Positions 47,895 to 57,530 of a stretch of DNA of 64,000 nucleotides are shown here, piece by piece; position 1 is the first letter of the stretch; the number at the start of each line of letters is the position of its first letter. Source of the DNA: an uncultured Anaerolineaceae bacterium (GTDB taxonomy: Bacteria; Chloroflexota; Anaerolineae; JAAYZQ01); the NCBI GenBank assembly GCA_964593865.1, contig CAZQKE010000089.1, positions 1,358-65,357 of the forward strand, in the 5' to 3' direction. The notes under the pieces are model-generated. The model saw only the letters and a list, made by a program, of their open reading frames with translations, had not been told where the DNA came from and ran no database searches. The translations under genes were made by a program, and so were the position numbers.

Positions 47895-48782
47895 GTGAAA
47901 AAGGCGATCAAGTTTACCTCGGTCTTGCTGCTGGTCATGTTTTTAGCTTCCTGTGGAGCGATGTCCTACCAAGATGAGGTCCCGCCCCCCGAAGTCGTCG
48001 TGGAGAAACTGGTGGAGCGCGAAGCCGTTGGCGGACCTATTGCCGAAAGCGGTGGTATTGCCGATGTGAACCCGGTAGACCTGGCGACGGAGCGGATGAT
48101 CATCTGGAACGCCAACATCTCCCTAACGGTGGAGGATGTGGAAGAGAGCATGACCGCCGTGCAATCTCTGGCCCGCGAGATGGGAGGCTATCCTATCAAC
48201 ATCTCTTCATGGACGGAAAAGGAGCAGCTCTACGCCACGGTGACGATCCGCGTGCCCGCCGAGCGGTTTGATGAAGCCATGGCCCGTCTGCGCGAGATGG
48301 GAATCCGGGTCAACCGCGAAAACGCCAACAGCGAGGATGTGACCGACCGGTATGTGGACCTGGAATCGCGGCTGCGCCATTTGGAGGCCAAAGAGGCTCA
48401 GTTGCTCAAGTTCATGGAAGACGCCGAGGATACCGAGGCCGTCTTGGCCGTTTATGAGCACCTGGACGAAACCCAGGCCGAAATTGAGCAGGTCAAAGGG
48501 CAGATGAAATATCTGTCCACCCTGGCGGCCATGGGGACCATCACCGTTGAGCTGTATCCGGAAGAAGCCGAACCGCCGGTTGTTGATGAGGATGGCTGGG
48601 ATCCGGGCCGCACTCTGCGCAATGCCCTCCGGACGTTGCTCAAGGTATTGGAGGCTTTGGCCAATGTGGCGATCTGGATGGCCGTCTTTACGCTGCCGCT
48701 TCTCCTCCTGGTGGGGTTGCCCATTGTCCTAATCGTGGGTGTCGCGCGCCGCCGCAGCCGCAAAGCACGGCGGGGTGAATAG
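47895..48782 (+). CDS. DUF4349-like lipoprotein with C-terminal TM anchor
   Basis: GTG start after an AAGGAGA SD. Lipobox FLASCG. Central coiled-coil-like region. C-terminal hydrophobic helix plus RRRSRKARR. Confidence 0.55.
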   Translation: MKKAIKFTSVLLLVMFLASCGAMSYQDEVPPPEVVVEKLVEREAVGGPIAESGGIADVNPVDLATERMIIWNANISLTVEDVEESMTAVQSLAREMGGYPINISSWTEKEQLYATVTIRVPAERFDEAMARLREMGIRVNRENANSEDVTDRYVDLESRLRHLEAKEAQLLKFMEDAEDTEAVLAVYEHLDETQAEIEQVKGQMKYLSTLAAMGTITVELYPEEAEPPVVDEDGWDPGRTLRNALRTLLKVLEALANVAIWMAVFTLPLLLLVGLPIVLIVGVARRRSRKARRGE

Positions 48783-48786
48783 CAAT

Positions 48787-49614
48787 TCATCGGCGGGCGG
48801 TCCACTCCGGCGAAGCGTAACGACGGCGGATCTCGGCGACCAACGCCCGCTCCCGCTCGGTGAGGGGCGCGGGGGTCAGGATCAGGTGTAACGCCTGGGC
48901 AAAGCCGGCGGACAGGGCCTGGGCTGCCTCTGTAAAAGAGACGGTGCGCCCTAGGGCTTCTTCCAACGTCATCGCCCGCCGATGCACTCGTGCCCGTTCG
49001 GTCTCCCGCTCCTCCGGCGTCAGGGCCAAGCAGTCCACAATGCGGGCCGGGTCGCCGTGGAGGGGGAGGCTGCCGTGTTGCAAGAGGCCGCCTTGTGTCC
49101 GCCATTGTGCGCTGCCCACCAGTTTGCGGCCGGCGACGATAATCTCGTAGTCGGAAGGGGTCTCGAAGCAGATGGCCGAAGGGGCAAGGCCGTGCTTGGC
49201 TGCCCCCGCCCGGCGGGCATCGGCTCCCAGAAGGCGCAATCCGACCAACAGCCCTTCGCTGAGACGGCGGTAGCTCTCTACCACATCACCCGTGGCGCGG
49301 GGATCGCTTTGCAACAGGGCCAAAGAATAGGTCAATTCATCGGTGTGAAGGATGGCCCGCCCCCCTGTGGGCCGCCGTACCACGTCCACACCGGCACGGA
49401 TGCAGGCTGCCCGGTCCACATCGGCCAGGGGCTGATTGCGCCCCAGGCTCAGGCAAGGCGGAGACCAGCCGTAGAACCGAAGGGTGGGCGGGCTGGAGCC
49501 TTCCAGGACGGCGGTCAGGATGGCTTCGTCTACGGCCATGTTGGTCGCGCCGTCGGCCTGCCCGTCCAGGATCAGTCGCCATGTCGCAGAGGCATAGCCC
49601 ATCGTCATTCGCAC
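48787..49614 (-). CDS. Lipoate--protein ligase / octanoyltransferase family protein (BPL/LPL catalytic domain)
   Basis: BPL/LPL catalytic domain motifs (RRPTGGRAILH, KLVGSAQ). 10-nt overlap with the rimO stop. Confidence 0.7.
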   Translation of the reverse strand: MRMTMGYASATWRLILDGQADGATNMAVDEAILTAVLEGSSPPTLRFYGWSPPCLSLGRNQPLADVDRAACIRAGVDVVRRPTGGRAILHTDELTYSLALLQSDPRATGDVVESYRRLSEGLLVGLRLLGADARRAGAAKHGLAPSAICFETPSDYEIIVAGRKLVGSAQWRTQGGLLQHGSLPLHGDPARIVDCLALTPEERETERARVHRRAMTLEEALGRTVSFTEAAQALSAGFAQALHLILTPAPLTERERALVAEIRRRYASPEWTARR

Positions 49615-50921
49615 CTTTCGGCGAGCAGGTCGTATTCCAACGCCTGGGTGATGCGGACCTGCACCATTTCCCCCGCAGGCAGGCTGCCGGGCAGGAGCAC
49701 CAACCCGTCGATTTCGGGGGCGTCTCGGTAGGAACGGCCCACGTTCCAGCCGTCGCCTTCCCCCTCAACGAGTACTTCCAGGGTGCGCCCTACTTGCTCT
49801 TGGTTGATCTCCAGGGAGATCCCCTGTTGCAGGGCCATCAGCCGTTCAAACCGTTCCTGCCGAACCCGGAGGGGCACGGGGTTGGGCAGCTGTGTTGCGG
49901 GGGTCCCTTCCTCCTCCGAGTAGATGAAAACTCCCACTCGGTCAAAGCGCACCTGGGCGACAAAATCAAGCAACGTTTGGAATTCCGCTTCCGTTTCGCC
50001 GGGGTAGCCGACGATAAAGGATGTGCGCAAGGCCAGGTCGGGCATGGCGGCCCGCAGGTCGGCGATGAGCCGCAGGGTGCGGTCCACATCCGACGGTCGC
50101 CTCATGCGCCGCAAGGTCGCCGGATGGGCGTGCTGTAGGGGGAGGTCCAGGTAGTGACAGATGCGGGGGTCGGTAGCCATGGTTTCAATGAGGCGTGGAC
50201 CGATGTGGCCCGGATAGGCGTACAACAGCCGCAACCAGCGGAGATCGGGGGCGGCCTCCAAAATGGCCCGCAGTAGATCGGGGAGGGCATCCTTTTCACC
50301 CCGGTCACGGCCGTAGGCGGTTGTATCCTGGGCGATGAGGATGATCTCGCGGACACCTGCCTCAACCAGGGCGACGGCGTCACGCACAACGGCCCCTGCC
50401 GGACGGCTGCGGGCCGGCCCCTTGATGAGGGGGATGGCACAGAAAGCGCAGGTTGCGCTGCACCCGTCGGCGATCTTGAGGTAGGCGGAGGCCCCTTGGC
50501 GTGCCACCCGCCGCTCCTCCACCCTCTGCAACGGATCATCCAGCCAGACCGGCGGAGCGGAGCGACGGGCGGCAGCATTCGTCAACCGGTCCAGCAAGGC
50601 ATCAATTTCGTTCCAACGCCGGGTTCCCAGTAGCCCATCCAAGCCGGGAACGACTTTGCTCAAGCGCGTTCCCCATCGCTGAGAAAGACAGCCGGCAGCG
50701 ATCAATAACTGGTCCGGGCGTTTGCCTTCGGACAGGTTGCGTAACGTTTCCAGCGATTCTTGGCGGGCGTCGGCAATGAACCCGCAGGTGTTGACGATGA
50801 GCACCTGGGCTTGGTCGGGATCGGCGACGATGGTATGCCCCCCGGCGACGAGCCGTCGGATCATGCCGTGGGCATCGACCAGGTTCTTGGGACAGCCCAG
50901 GGATTCAAGATAGATGCGCAT
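49605..50921 (-). CDS. rimO: Ribosomal protein S12 methylthiotransferase RimO (radical SAM MTTase with TRAM domain)
   Basis: N-terminal MTTase Cys triad, radical SAM CxxxCxxC (CSATCAFC), C-terminal TRAM. Confidence 0.85.
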   Translation of the reverse strand: MRIYLESLGCPKNLVDAHGMIRRLVAGGHTIVADPDQAQVLIVNTCGFIADARQESLETLRNLSEGKRPDQLLIAAGCLSQRWGTRLSKVVPGLDGLLGTRRWNEIDALLDRLTNAAARRSAPPVWLDDPLQRVEERRVARQGASAYLKIADGCSATCAFCAIPLIKGPARSRPAGAVVRDAVALVEAGVREIILIAQDTTAYGRDRGEKDALPDLLRAILEAAPDLRWLRLLYAYPGHIGPRLIETMATDPRICHYLDLPLQHAHPATLRRMRRPSDVDRTLRLIADLRAAMPDLALRTSFIVGYPGETEAEFQTLLDFVAQVRFDRVGVFIYSEEEGTPATQLPNPVPLRVRQERFERLMALQQGISLEINQEQVGRTLEVLVEGEGDGWNVGRSYRDAPEIDGLVLLPGSLPAGEMVQVRITQALEYDLLAERCE

Positions 50922-51125
50922 CCTTTTCTCCGAGCGTTTTGTGAACGTAGAGTAGTCGTCAAGGACTCATCCAGCATAACGACGCCGAGTATGGTATGAT
51001 AAACGCAGTTGGAAGGGCATGGCCCATGGCGGGCGAGCAACCGCCGGGCCAGGAACCACAATCGGGTGGAACCATCCGTCCGGAGGTCATCATGGGCCAT
51101 GCGGATTCCGAAAATCTCTTCTCCT

Positions 51126-51172
51126 CCTTTTGACAGAGAGCCGGGGGTTTGGGGCCGCCCCCGGCTCTCTTG
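51126..51172. promoter_or_regulatory. Perfect 13-bp inverted repeat (agagagccggggg...cccccggctctct), flanked by TTGACA-like hexamers, in the divergent rimO/trxB promoter region
   Basis: Seen directly. Both flanking genes point away from it. The trxB promoter TTGTCA-17-TACAAT lies downstream at about 51252..51282. Confidence 0.35.
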
Positions 51173-51315
51173 ACGTTCGCAACCTTTCCCATTGTAGTTG
51201 AGGGAGCGAAAAAAGTCAAATCTCTCCGGCAACATACCCCCTGTGGCTTTTTGTCAAAGGGCACAAAACAAGGTACAATAACGCCGTTCAACAACTTGAA
51301 CCAGAGGGGTGAATC

Positions 51316-52257
51316 ATGGAAAAGGTGATCATTATCGGAAGCGGCCCGGCAGGCTATGCTGCGGCGATCTACACGGCGCGGGCCAAGCTGAATCCCCTGG
51401 TCATCGCCGGTCCTTCCCTGGGCGGGCAGGTGGCCATCAGCAGCGAGATCGGCAACTATCCCGGCTTCCCGGAAGATATTGCCGGGGCGGAGTTGGCCCA
51501 ATTGATGCAAAACCAAGCCCAGCGGTTCGGGGCGCGGATTGAGATGGATATTGTGACCGGTGTGGACCTCTCCTCCCATCCTTTCAAAGTGACGACCTAC
51601 AGCGGCGATCTGGAGACCCAGGCGTTGATCGTTGCCAGCGGCGCGTCGCCCCGCAAGCTGGAAGTGCCCGGCGAGCAAGAGTTTTCCGGGCGGGGGGTGT
51701 CCTACTGCGCCACCTGCGACGGCTTTTTCTACACCGGGCGCGAGATCGTTATGGTCGGCGGCGGCGATGCTGCCGTGGAGGAGGCGTTGTTCCTCACCCG
51801 CTATGCCAGCAAGGTGACCATCATCCACCGCCGGGATCAGCTCCGCGCCGAGCCGATCCTCCAAGAGCAGGCGTTCAATAACGAAAAAATTGAATTCCTG
51901 TGGGATACGGTCGTCACCGAGATCTTGGGTGAGGAGATGGTGACGGGGCTGCGGGTGCGTAACGTCAAAACCGGCGAGGAAAGCCTGTTCCCCACAGAAG
52001 GCGTGTTCATCGCCGTCGGCTATGTGCCCAACACCGACTTTTTGGGCGGCCAACTGGAGCTGGACGATCACGGCTACATCGTGGTCGATGCCGACCAGCG
52101 AACCAGTGTAGAGGGGGTATGGGCCGCCGGAGACGTGTGCGACCCGGTTTATAAGCAGATCGCAACGTCGGTGGGGGCCGGTTGTAAAGCGGCTCTGCAG
52201 GCCGAGCACTATATCGCGCGGTTGGAGAACCGTGCTTACCCCGGCAAGATGGGATGA
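51316..52257 (+). CDS. trxB: Thioredoxin-disulfide reductase
   Basis: FAD GxGxxG (GSGPAGYAAA), redox-active CATC, NADPH-binding GGGDAAVEEA. Confidence 0.95.
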   Translation: MEKVIIIGSGPAGYAAAIYTARAKLNPLVIAGPSLGGQVAISSEIGNYPGFPEDIAGAELAQLMQNQAQRFGARIEMDIVTGVDLSSHPFKVTTYSGDLETQALIVASGASPRKLEVPGEQEFSGRGVSYCATCDGFFYTGREIVMVGGGDAAVEEALFLTRYASKVTIIHRRDQLRAEPILQEQAFNNEKIEFLWDTVVTEILGEEMVTGLRVRNVKTGEESLFPTEGVFIAVGYVPNTDFLGGQLELDDHGYIVVDADQRTSVEGVWAAGDVCDPVYKQIATSVGAGCKAALQAEHYIARLENRAYPGKMG

Positions 52258-52269
52258 AAAGGAGGTCCC

Positions 52270-52503
52270 GTGAGCGTAATTACCAAAGATATGCCCATCG
52301 GCGAAGTGGTGCAGACCTACCCCCAGACCATTGAGGTCTTTTTGCGGCATGGGTTGATGTGCTTTGGTTGCGCCATTGCCCGCTTTGAGAACGTGGAGCA
52401 AGGGGCTTTGGCCCACGGCATTGACGTTGAGGCGTTGATGCGGGATTTGAACGCAGCAGTGCCGGTGGACAATGAGCAATGGGCAATGACCAATGAGCAA
52501 TGA
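52270..52503 (+). CDS. DUF1858-type small redox protein (hybrid-cluster-protein-associated disulfide domain)
   Basis: Motif IGEVVQTYPQTIEVFLRHGLMCFGCA. 77 aa. Confidence 0.6.
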   Translation: MSVITKDMPIGEVVQTYPQTIEVFLRHGLMCFGCAIARFENVEQGALAHGIDVEALMRDLNAAVPVDNEQWAMTNEQ

Positions 52504-52556
52504 CCGATGGGCATTGCTCATTGCTCATTAGTCATTCGTCATTGATTGTCGGGAGG
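52488..52556. repeat. Tandem heptamer array (CAATGAG/CAATGGG/CAATGAC x5) directly followed by its reverse complement, giving a long imperfect palindrome. It overlaps the 3' end of the DUF1858 gene.
   Basis: Sequence caatgagcaatgggcaatgaccaatgagcaatgaccgatgggcattgctcattgctcattagtcattcgtcattg. Confidence 0.5.
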
Positions 52557-52562
52557 CAAACC

Positions 52563-53732
52563 ATGTGGTTCTTTCGCAGCCCGGAGATCGTCTTTGGGGC
52601 GGGGGCGTTGGACTACCTGACCGATCTGCCGGGGCATAAAGCGTTCATCGTCACCGACGAGAACATGGTCAAACTGGGGTTCGTCCGGCGGGTGCAGGAA
52701 GCTTTGGCTCAAGCAGGGATTGAAACGGAAGTTTTTGCCGAAGTGGAGCCGAATCCTTCGTTGCAGACCGTCAAGCGGGGGGCGGAGGCGGCCCGGGCTT
52801 ACGGGCCGGATTGGATCATCGGCCTGGGCGGAGGCTCGGCTATGGATGCGGCCAAGTCGGTGTTCGTGCAGTATGAGCGGCCTGACCTTCCCCCCGATGA
52901 CCTGGCCCCCATGGGGCACCTCGGCCTGCGTCAGAAGGCCAAACTGATGGCCATCCCCACCACCAGCGGCACGGGAGCCGAGGTCACCTGGCCCATCGTC
53001 CTCACCGATTTGGCCGAAGGGCGCAAGGTCACGGTGGGCCATGCCGAAAACATCCCCGATCTGGCCATTGTGGACCCGGTGTTCACGTTGCACCTCCCCC
53101 CTCAGATCACCGCCGATACGGGGATGGATGTGCTGACCCACGCCGTTGAGGGGTATACCGGTCAGTGGCGCAACGACTTTTCCGATGGCTTGTGCCTCAA
53201 GGCGGTCCAGATGGTGTTCACATATCTCCCCCGCGCTTACGAATCGGGCGCGGAGGATGAGGAAGCCCGTGAAAAGATGCACAACGCGGCGACCATCGCC
53301 GGGCTGGGGTTCGGCAACGCCCAGGCGGCTACGGCCCACGCGCTGGGGCATTCGCTGGGGGCGGTGTTTCACGTTCCCCACGGGCGGGCCGTGGGCCTTT
53401 TTTTGCCCTACACCATAGAGTTTGCCGTGCGGGGCTACCTGCCCACCCGTTACGCCGACCTGGCCCGCTTCCTGGGCTTGCCCGCGGAGGACGAAGCCCA
53501 GGGCGCGGCCGGCTTTGTCGCCGCCGTCCGCGACCTGGCCCGGCGCATCGGGCAGCCGACCTCGCTGCAGGAAGCAGGTATCTCCCCGGAAGAGTTTGAA
53601 GCCAAATTGCCCAAACTGGTGGATAACGCCCTCAATGACAGTGCCATGCTCATCGGCTCCCGCTTCCCGGAAGAGGAAGAGGTTGAAAAGATATTTCGCT
53701 ATGCCTATGAGGGCAAGCCGATAGATTTCTGA
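52563..53732 (+). CDS. Iron-containing (group III) alcohol dehydrogenase
   Basis: GGGSAMDAAK, the His-rich metal site (HAVEGY, HALGH...HG), and NAD-binding TSGTGAEVT. Start re-picked at MWFFRS with a GGAGG SD. Confidence 0.85.
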   Translation: MWFFRSPEIVFGAGALDYLTDLPGHKAFIVTDENMVKLGFVRRVQEALAQAGIETEVFAEVEPNPSLQTVKRGAEAARAYGPDWIIGLGGGSAMDAAKSVFVQYERPDLPPDDLAPMGHLGLRQKAKLMAIPTTSGTGAEVTWPIVLTDLAEGRKVTVGHAENIPDLAIVDPVFTLHLPPQITADTGMDVLTHAVEGYTGQWRNDFSDGLCLKAVQMVFTYLPRAYESGAEDEEAREKMHNAATIAGLGFGNAQAATAHALGHSLGAVFHVPHGRAVGLFLPYTIEFAVRGYLPTRYADLARFLGLPAEDEAQGAAGFVAAVRDLARRIGQPTSLQEAGISPEEFEAKLPKLVDNALNDSAMLIGSRFPEEEEVEKIFRYAYEGKPIDF

Positions 53733-53769
53733 GCAGCGGGCATGGCCTCCGCTTCTGGGAGTAGCTGCG

Positions 53770-54408
53770 ATGGACATCACTTGGTACGGTCATGCTTGCT
53801 TTCGGCTGAGCGAGCGTGGCGTCGTTATCGTCACCGACCCGCCTACCGACGCTTTAGGGTACACGCGGCCCCGCATCCGCGCCGATGTGGTGACCATCAG
53901 CCATGACCATCCGGGGCACAACAACCGCGTCGGTTTCCGGGGCGGCCCTCGTTTTTTCGATGGGCCGGGCGAATATGAAGTCAAGGGAGTGTTCATCACC
54001 GGCATTGCCGCTTATCACGATGGGCGCAAGGGAGCCAAACGGGGGCGTAATACCATCTTTCTCTTTGATTTTGACGGCTTGACCGTTTGTCACCTGGGCG
54101 ATCTGGGGCATGTGCCGGACCAGAACCAAGTGGAAGCCCTCAGTGCGGTAGATGTCCTGCTCATTCCCGTCGGCGGCTTGCACACCATTGATGCTTCCAA
54201 AGCCGCAGAGGTGATCAGCTTGATCGAGCCACGGCTGGTGATCCCCATGCATTACAAAACGCCCAAAGAAAAGGCTCGCTTGCACAAGGTGGAGATCTTT
54301 CTCAAACAGATGGGATTGGCCTCCTTATCCCCCCAGCCGGATTTACGCGTGACCAGGTCCTCCCTGCCGGAGGAAACCGAGGTCGTCCTCCTCGACTATC
54401 GGCACTGA
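53770..54408 (+). CDS. MBL-fold metallo-hydrolase
   Basis: HxHxDH motif (SHDHPGH) and other beta-lactamase-fold His/Asp positions. Confidence 0.75.
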   Translation: MDITWYGHACFRLSERGVVIVTDPPTDALGYTRPRIRADVVTISHDHPGHNNRVGFRGGPRFFDGPGEYEVKGVFITGIAAYHDGRKGAKRGRNTIFLFDFDGLTVCHLGDLGHVPDQNQVEALSAVDVLLIPVGGLHTIDASKAAEVISLIEPRLVIPMHYKTPKEKARLHKVEIFLKQMGLASLSPQPDLRVTRSSLPEETEVVLLDYRH

Positions 54409-54433
54409 ACCCCTGGGCCGGGCTGCAACCCGG

Positions 54434-55699
54434 TTAGCAGCGTGGATCCTGTGGCCGGTACATGCTCCGGGCCAGCTGCTCCTGCCTACGCCACTGGCCG
54501 ATCTGATGGCCCTGACCGGCCAACCGATCCAGGAGAGGGCGCAGGGCCTGGTCCACGCGACCGGGCGGCGCGTGCTCCAGCGGCGTGCCGGGCAGGGGCA
54601 TGAAGGTATGGGTGTGAAGGACCGCTCCCCGTGCCACCAGTTCCTCCATCAGGTGCAGAGTAGCGGCCACATCCTCCGCTTCTTCGCCGGGCAGACCGAA
54701 AATCAGGTCCACCACCGGCGTCAACCCCTCGGCGGAGACCACCTCGGCGGCGCGGAGCACGTCGGCGACGGTGTGGCAGCGGCGCAAAGCACGCAGCATC
54801 CGCTCCGAGCCGCTTTGCGCCCCGAAAATCAGGTTGTCGTTGCCGCAGTAACGGCGCACCAGGGCCACAGCCTCCGGCGTCACCGTCTCCGGCCCTACTT
54901 CGGAAGGAAATGTGCCGAAATAGACCCGCTCCCGGCCCACCAGGGCGGCCATCTCGCGCAGCAGATGCTCGATGGCCTCCAGGTTGACGGTGCGGCCGTT
55001 GTCGGGCGATTGGTAGGCGAAGGCGTTGGGCGTGATGAAGCGCAGGTAGCGGTAGCCCTTTTCCATCGCCCGCCGCACCCAAGCGACGATGCTCTCCACG
55101 GAGCGGTGGCGCATCCGCCCGCCGAACAGGAACGAAGTCTGGCAAAAAGAGCAAGCACAAGGACACCCCCGCGTGATCTCAATGGGGGCAAAGCGGCGGT
55201 GGGCCAGGCCCAGGGGTGGGTAATCGTCCAGGCGGATGGGCCGAGGGCGGGGGCCGCGCACCGGCTGTCCCGCCTCATCCAAAACGACCAAGCCGGGCAG
55301 CCCGGCCAACGGCCCCCCTCCTTGCAGCCGGTCCAGGAGCGCGGGCAGCGTCTCCTCCCCTTCGCCGACGACCACCGCATCGGCCCCTAACCCCAGCACC
55401 TCAACGGGACGGGCCGAGGGGTGCGGCCCCCCGGCGACGATGAACGCCCCATCCAGGCTGCGCAGCCGGGCCAGCAGGTCCGCCATGGCCGGAAGGTCGG
55501 CGGTGGCGAAGGAAAGGGCGATTACCAATCGCTCTGCTCCGGTGGAAAGGGCGTGCAGCCGGGGCAGCAACCGCTCATCGTGCCACAGAAAATCCAGGGG
55601 GATGTGGCGGGTGCGCGGATCGGCTTCCAGCGCGCCGGTCAGGACGGCGATGCTGTTGCGGTTGTGTTTGCGGACGACAAAGGCCAGGCGCAGCATCAT
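54434..55699 (-). CDS. B12-binding domain / radical SAM domain protein
   Basis: N-terminal cobalamin-binding Rossmann-like region. Radical SAM CxxxCxxC (CPCACSFC). Confidence 0.75.
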   Translation of the reverse strand: MMLRLAFVVRKHNRNSIAVLTGALEADPRTRHIPLDFLWHDERLLPRLHALSTGAERLVIALSFATADLPAMADLLARLRSLDGAFIVAGGPHPSARPVEVLGLGADAVVVGEGEETLPALLDRLQGGGPLAGLPGLVVLDEAGQPVRGPRPRPIRLDDYPPLGLAHRRFAPIEITRGCPCACSFCQTSFLFGGRMRHRSVESIVAWVRRAMEKGYRYLRFITPNAFAYQSPDNGRTVNLEAIEHLLREMAALVGRERVYFGTFPSEVGPETVTPEAVALVRRYCGNDNLIFGAQSGSERMLRALRRCHTVADVLRAAEVVSAEGLTPVVDLIFGLPGEEAEDVAATLHLMEELVARGAVLHTHTFMPLPGTPLEHAPPGRVDQALRPLLDRLAGQGHQIGQWRRQEQLARSMYRPQDPRC

Positions 55700-56811
55700 G
55701 GCGATTCTCTGGCAACCAGGGGCAGGTAGACGCCGTAGCCCCAGAACGCCTCCTCCATAAAGTCGGCGATCAGCACCGTGGGGGTGGCGGTGACGAAGGC
55801 GATGGCCGCCATCTCCGAGACATGGTCGTAGCCGGGCAAAAAGTCGTGCCGGACATCAAAGCCCAGCTGTCCCAGTTTGTTATAGAACATGATCGCCTGT
55901 TCGGGGAGGGAAGGTAGGTCTTGCCCGCAGTGGAGCAGGTAAAAGGGCGGCAGGGTGGCCCCTTTCGTGACATAGGTGGTGGGGGAGCCTTCGTCCAGGG
56001 CTTCGGTGTCGGTGATCCCGCCGGGCCAGGTCTGGTTGATGTTCGCGCCAAAGACGACCATATTCAGGTCTTTGACCGAGTAGGCTCCGCTCAAACCGAC
56101 CACGCCTTTGATGGCCGGGCGGAGGCGGGCGTAGGCGGGATGAGTAGCCAGGAGGGCGGCCAGGTGGCCGCCCGCCGAATGGCCGAACACGACGATCTGC
56201 TCCGGGTTGCCGCCGTAATCGCCGATGTACCCCACCGTCCGGCTCAGGGCGGCGGCCACATCCTGGATGTTGTCGGGATACCAGGCCGCTTTGGTCGCCG
56301 TGAGGACGCCTGCAGGGCCGCTCCCGCTCCGCCGGGCAGGGCAGTTTTCGGCCAGGGTCACCTGATCGGAGGTCAACCGGTAGTCAATGACGACCGTAAC
56401 CCAGCCCAGCTCGCCGCTGAAGGAGCGGGAGACAAAGCCGTATTGGTCGGCATAACCGTCGGTCCAGCCCCCGCCGTGGACGAAAAAGACCACAGGCCGC
56501 CTGTCCAAGGGGGTTCCATCCTGGACGGGGCGGTAGACCGTCAGGGTGTGGATGTCAAAGCAGGTTTTGGCATAGCGGGGATCGTCAATCAGGAAGGGAG
56601 GCGAATAGGGAAGGGTGTAAGAGATGACGGTGTAAGCGGAGTTGGACAGGTCGGCGGTTCCCGGAAGGGACGCGCGTTCGGGCAACTCGTAAGGAAAGGT
56701 CGCCCTATCCGCACTTCCGGCGTCCTGGGCGGTGACGCCGACGGTAAACACTGCCGCCAGCGTCATCAGCAGCAAGGCAACGGCGAGTGTCGCTCCCCAT
56801 CCTGTCCTCAT
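55696..56811 (-). CDS. Secreted alpha/beta-hydrolase (carboxylesterase/lipase type, HGGGW oxyanion motif, GHSAGG nucleophile elbow)
   Basis: Signal peptide. VVFFVHGGGW. GHSAGGHLAA. Confidence 0.8.
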   Translation of the reverse strand: MRTGWGATLAVALLLMTLAAVFTVGVTAQDAGSADRATFPYELPERASLPGTADLSNSAYTVISYTLPYSPPFLIDDPRYAKTCFDIHTLTVYRPVQDGTPLDRRPVVFFVHGGGWTDGYADQYGFVSRSFSGELGWVTVVIDYRLTSDQVTLAENCPARRSGSGPAGVLTATKAAWYPDNIQDVAAALSRTVGYIGDYGGNPEQIVVFGHSAGGHLAALLATHPAYARLRPAIKGVVGLSGAYSVKDLNMVVFGANINQTWPGGITDTEALDEGSPTTYVTKGATLPPFYLLHCGQDLPSLPEQAIMFYNKLGQLGFDVRHDFLPGYDHVSEMAAIAFVTATPTVLIADFMEEAFWGYGVYLPLVARESP

Positions 56812-56911
56812 AGTTTAGTTCCCCCGGAGATGGCGGGCCGTCCGCAAATAGAATACGAATGCGCGAATTTGCCCGGCCCGTTCATGTGTCGCGGCGCATT
56901 CGCGGATGACC

Positions 56912-56995
56912 AAGCCGAGTGGTTGGACCCGCACCGGGCGGGCCGTTGACCGACCGCCCGGCCACGGCCCCGAAAGAGGTGTTTCAATTGTCCGT
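56912..56995 (-). repeat. Copy C (divergent) of the hairpin-forming intergenic repeat family
   Basis: gtggttggacccgcaccgggcgggccgttgaccgaccgcccggccacggccccgaaagag aligns with copy A minus its internal insertion. Confidence 0.45.
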
Positions 56996-57030
56996 ACGGC
57001 CACGTCGCTCGGCGAGGGTCATAGGCTCCG

Positions 57031-57246
57031 TCAATGCTTTTCCGCTTCGGTGGCGGCGGAGGCGACGGCCCAGGCGACCACGCCCCACGACCCGCCGCCC
57101 AGCAGGACGCCCAGCAGCAGGGAACGAACGGTCAACGGGGCGAGATTGCCGCTGAGCAGACCGGCTACGGTCAACAGCGCGCCGAGCAGCCCCGCGATCA
57201 GGCCGATTTTGAGGGGAGCGTCCAACCGTGCCCAACGTTGTCTCAT
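57031..57246 (-). CDS. Possible small membrane protein (2 TM), low confidence
   Basis: Hydrophobic 71-aa ORF (LKIGLIAGLLGALLTVAGLL...LLLGVLLGGG). No clear SD. Confidence 0.25.
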   Translation of the reverse strand: MRQRWARLDAPLKIGLIAGLLGALLTVAGLLSGNLAPLTVRSLLLGVLLGGGSWGVVAWAVASAATEAEKH

Positions 57247-57496
57247 AACACCTCCACAGGCCGGAAACTTGCGATTTTCGGATCGGACCGGAATCCGGAC
57301 GGCTCCGTGTATTATAAGGCACGATCCCCTGCAAGTCAATTCGGCAAGCCCGGTTTTGCGCCCGGAGCGGAGGTGGATGCCTTGCCCCGGAAACGAAGGC
57401 GCGGAGAGGGGCCGTGTACGGTCAACCGCTCCGCGGCGAGTTTTGCCTCCGCGGTGCGGAATCTTGTAAATGCCTTTGCCCTGCCGCCTTGCCGGT

Positions 57497-57530
57497 CGGA
57501 CATTGACAAGCAGAGGGGGATGGTGTATTA
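57497..57530 (+). promoter_or_regulatory. Promoter (-35 TTGACA, 17-nt spacer, -10 TATTAT) driving a ~180-nt structured 5' UTR ahead of the LysM/L,D-transpeptidase gene
   Basis: Sequence ttgacaagcagagggggatggtgtattat. Confidence 0.5.

Noticed and set aside
50861-51235. 124-aa and 60-aa ORFs in the rimO/trxB divergent spacer
   Set aside because: They span promoter elements and the 13-bp palindrome. No SD and no coding periodicity. Likely non-coding.
50959-52521. 520-aa ORF on the minus strand
   Set aside because: Exactly antisense to the well-supported trxB and DUF1858 genes. Typical high-GC antisense run-on with no motifs.
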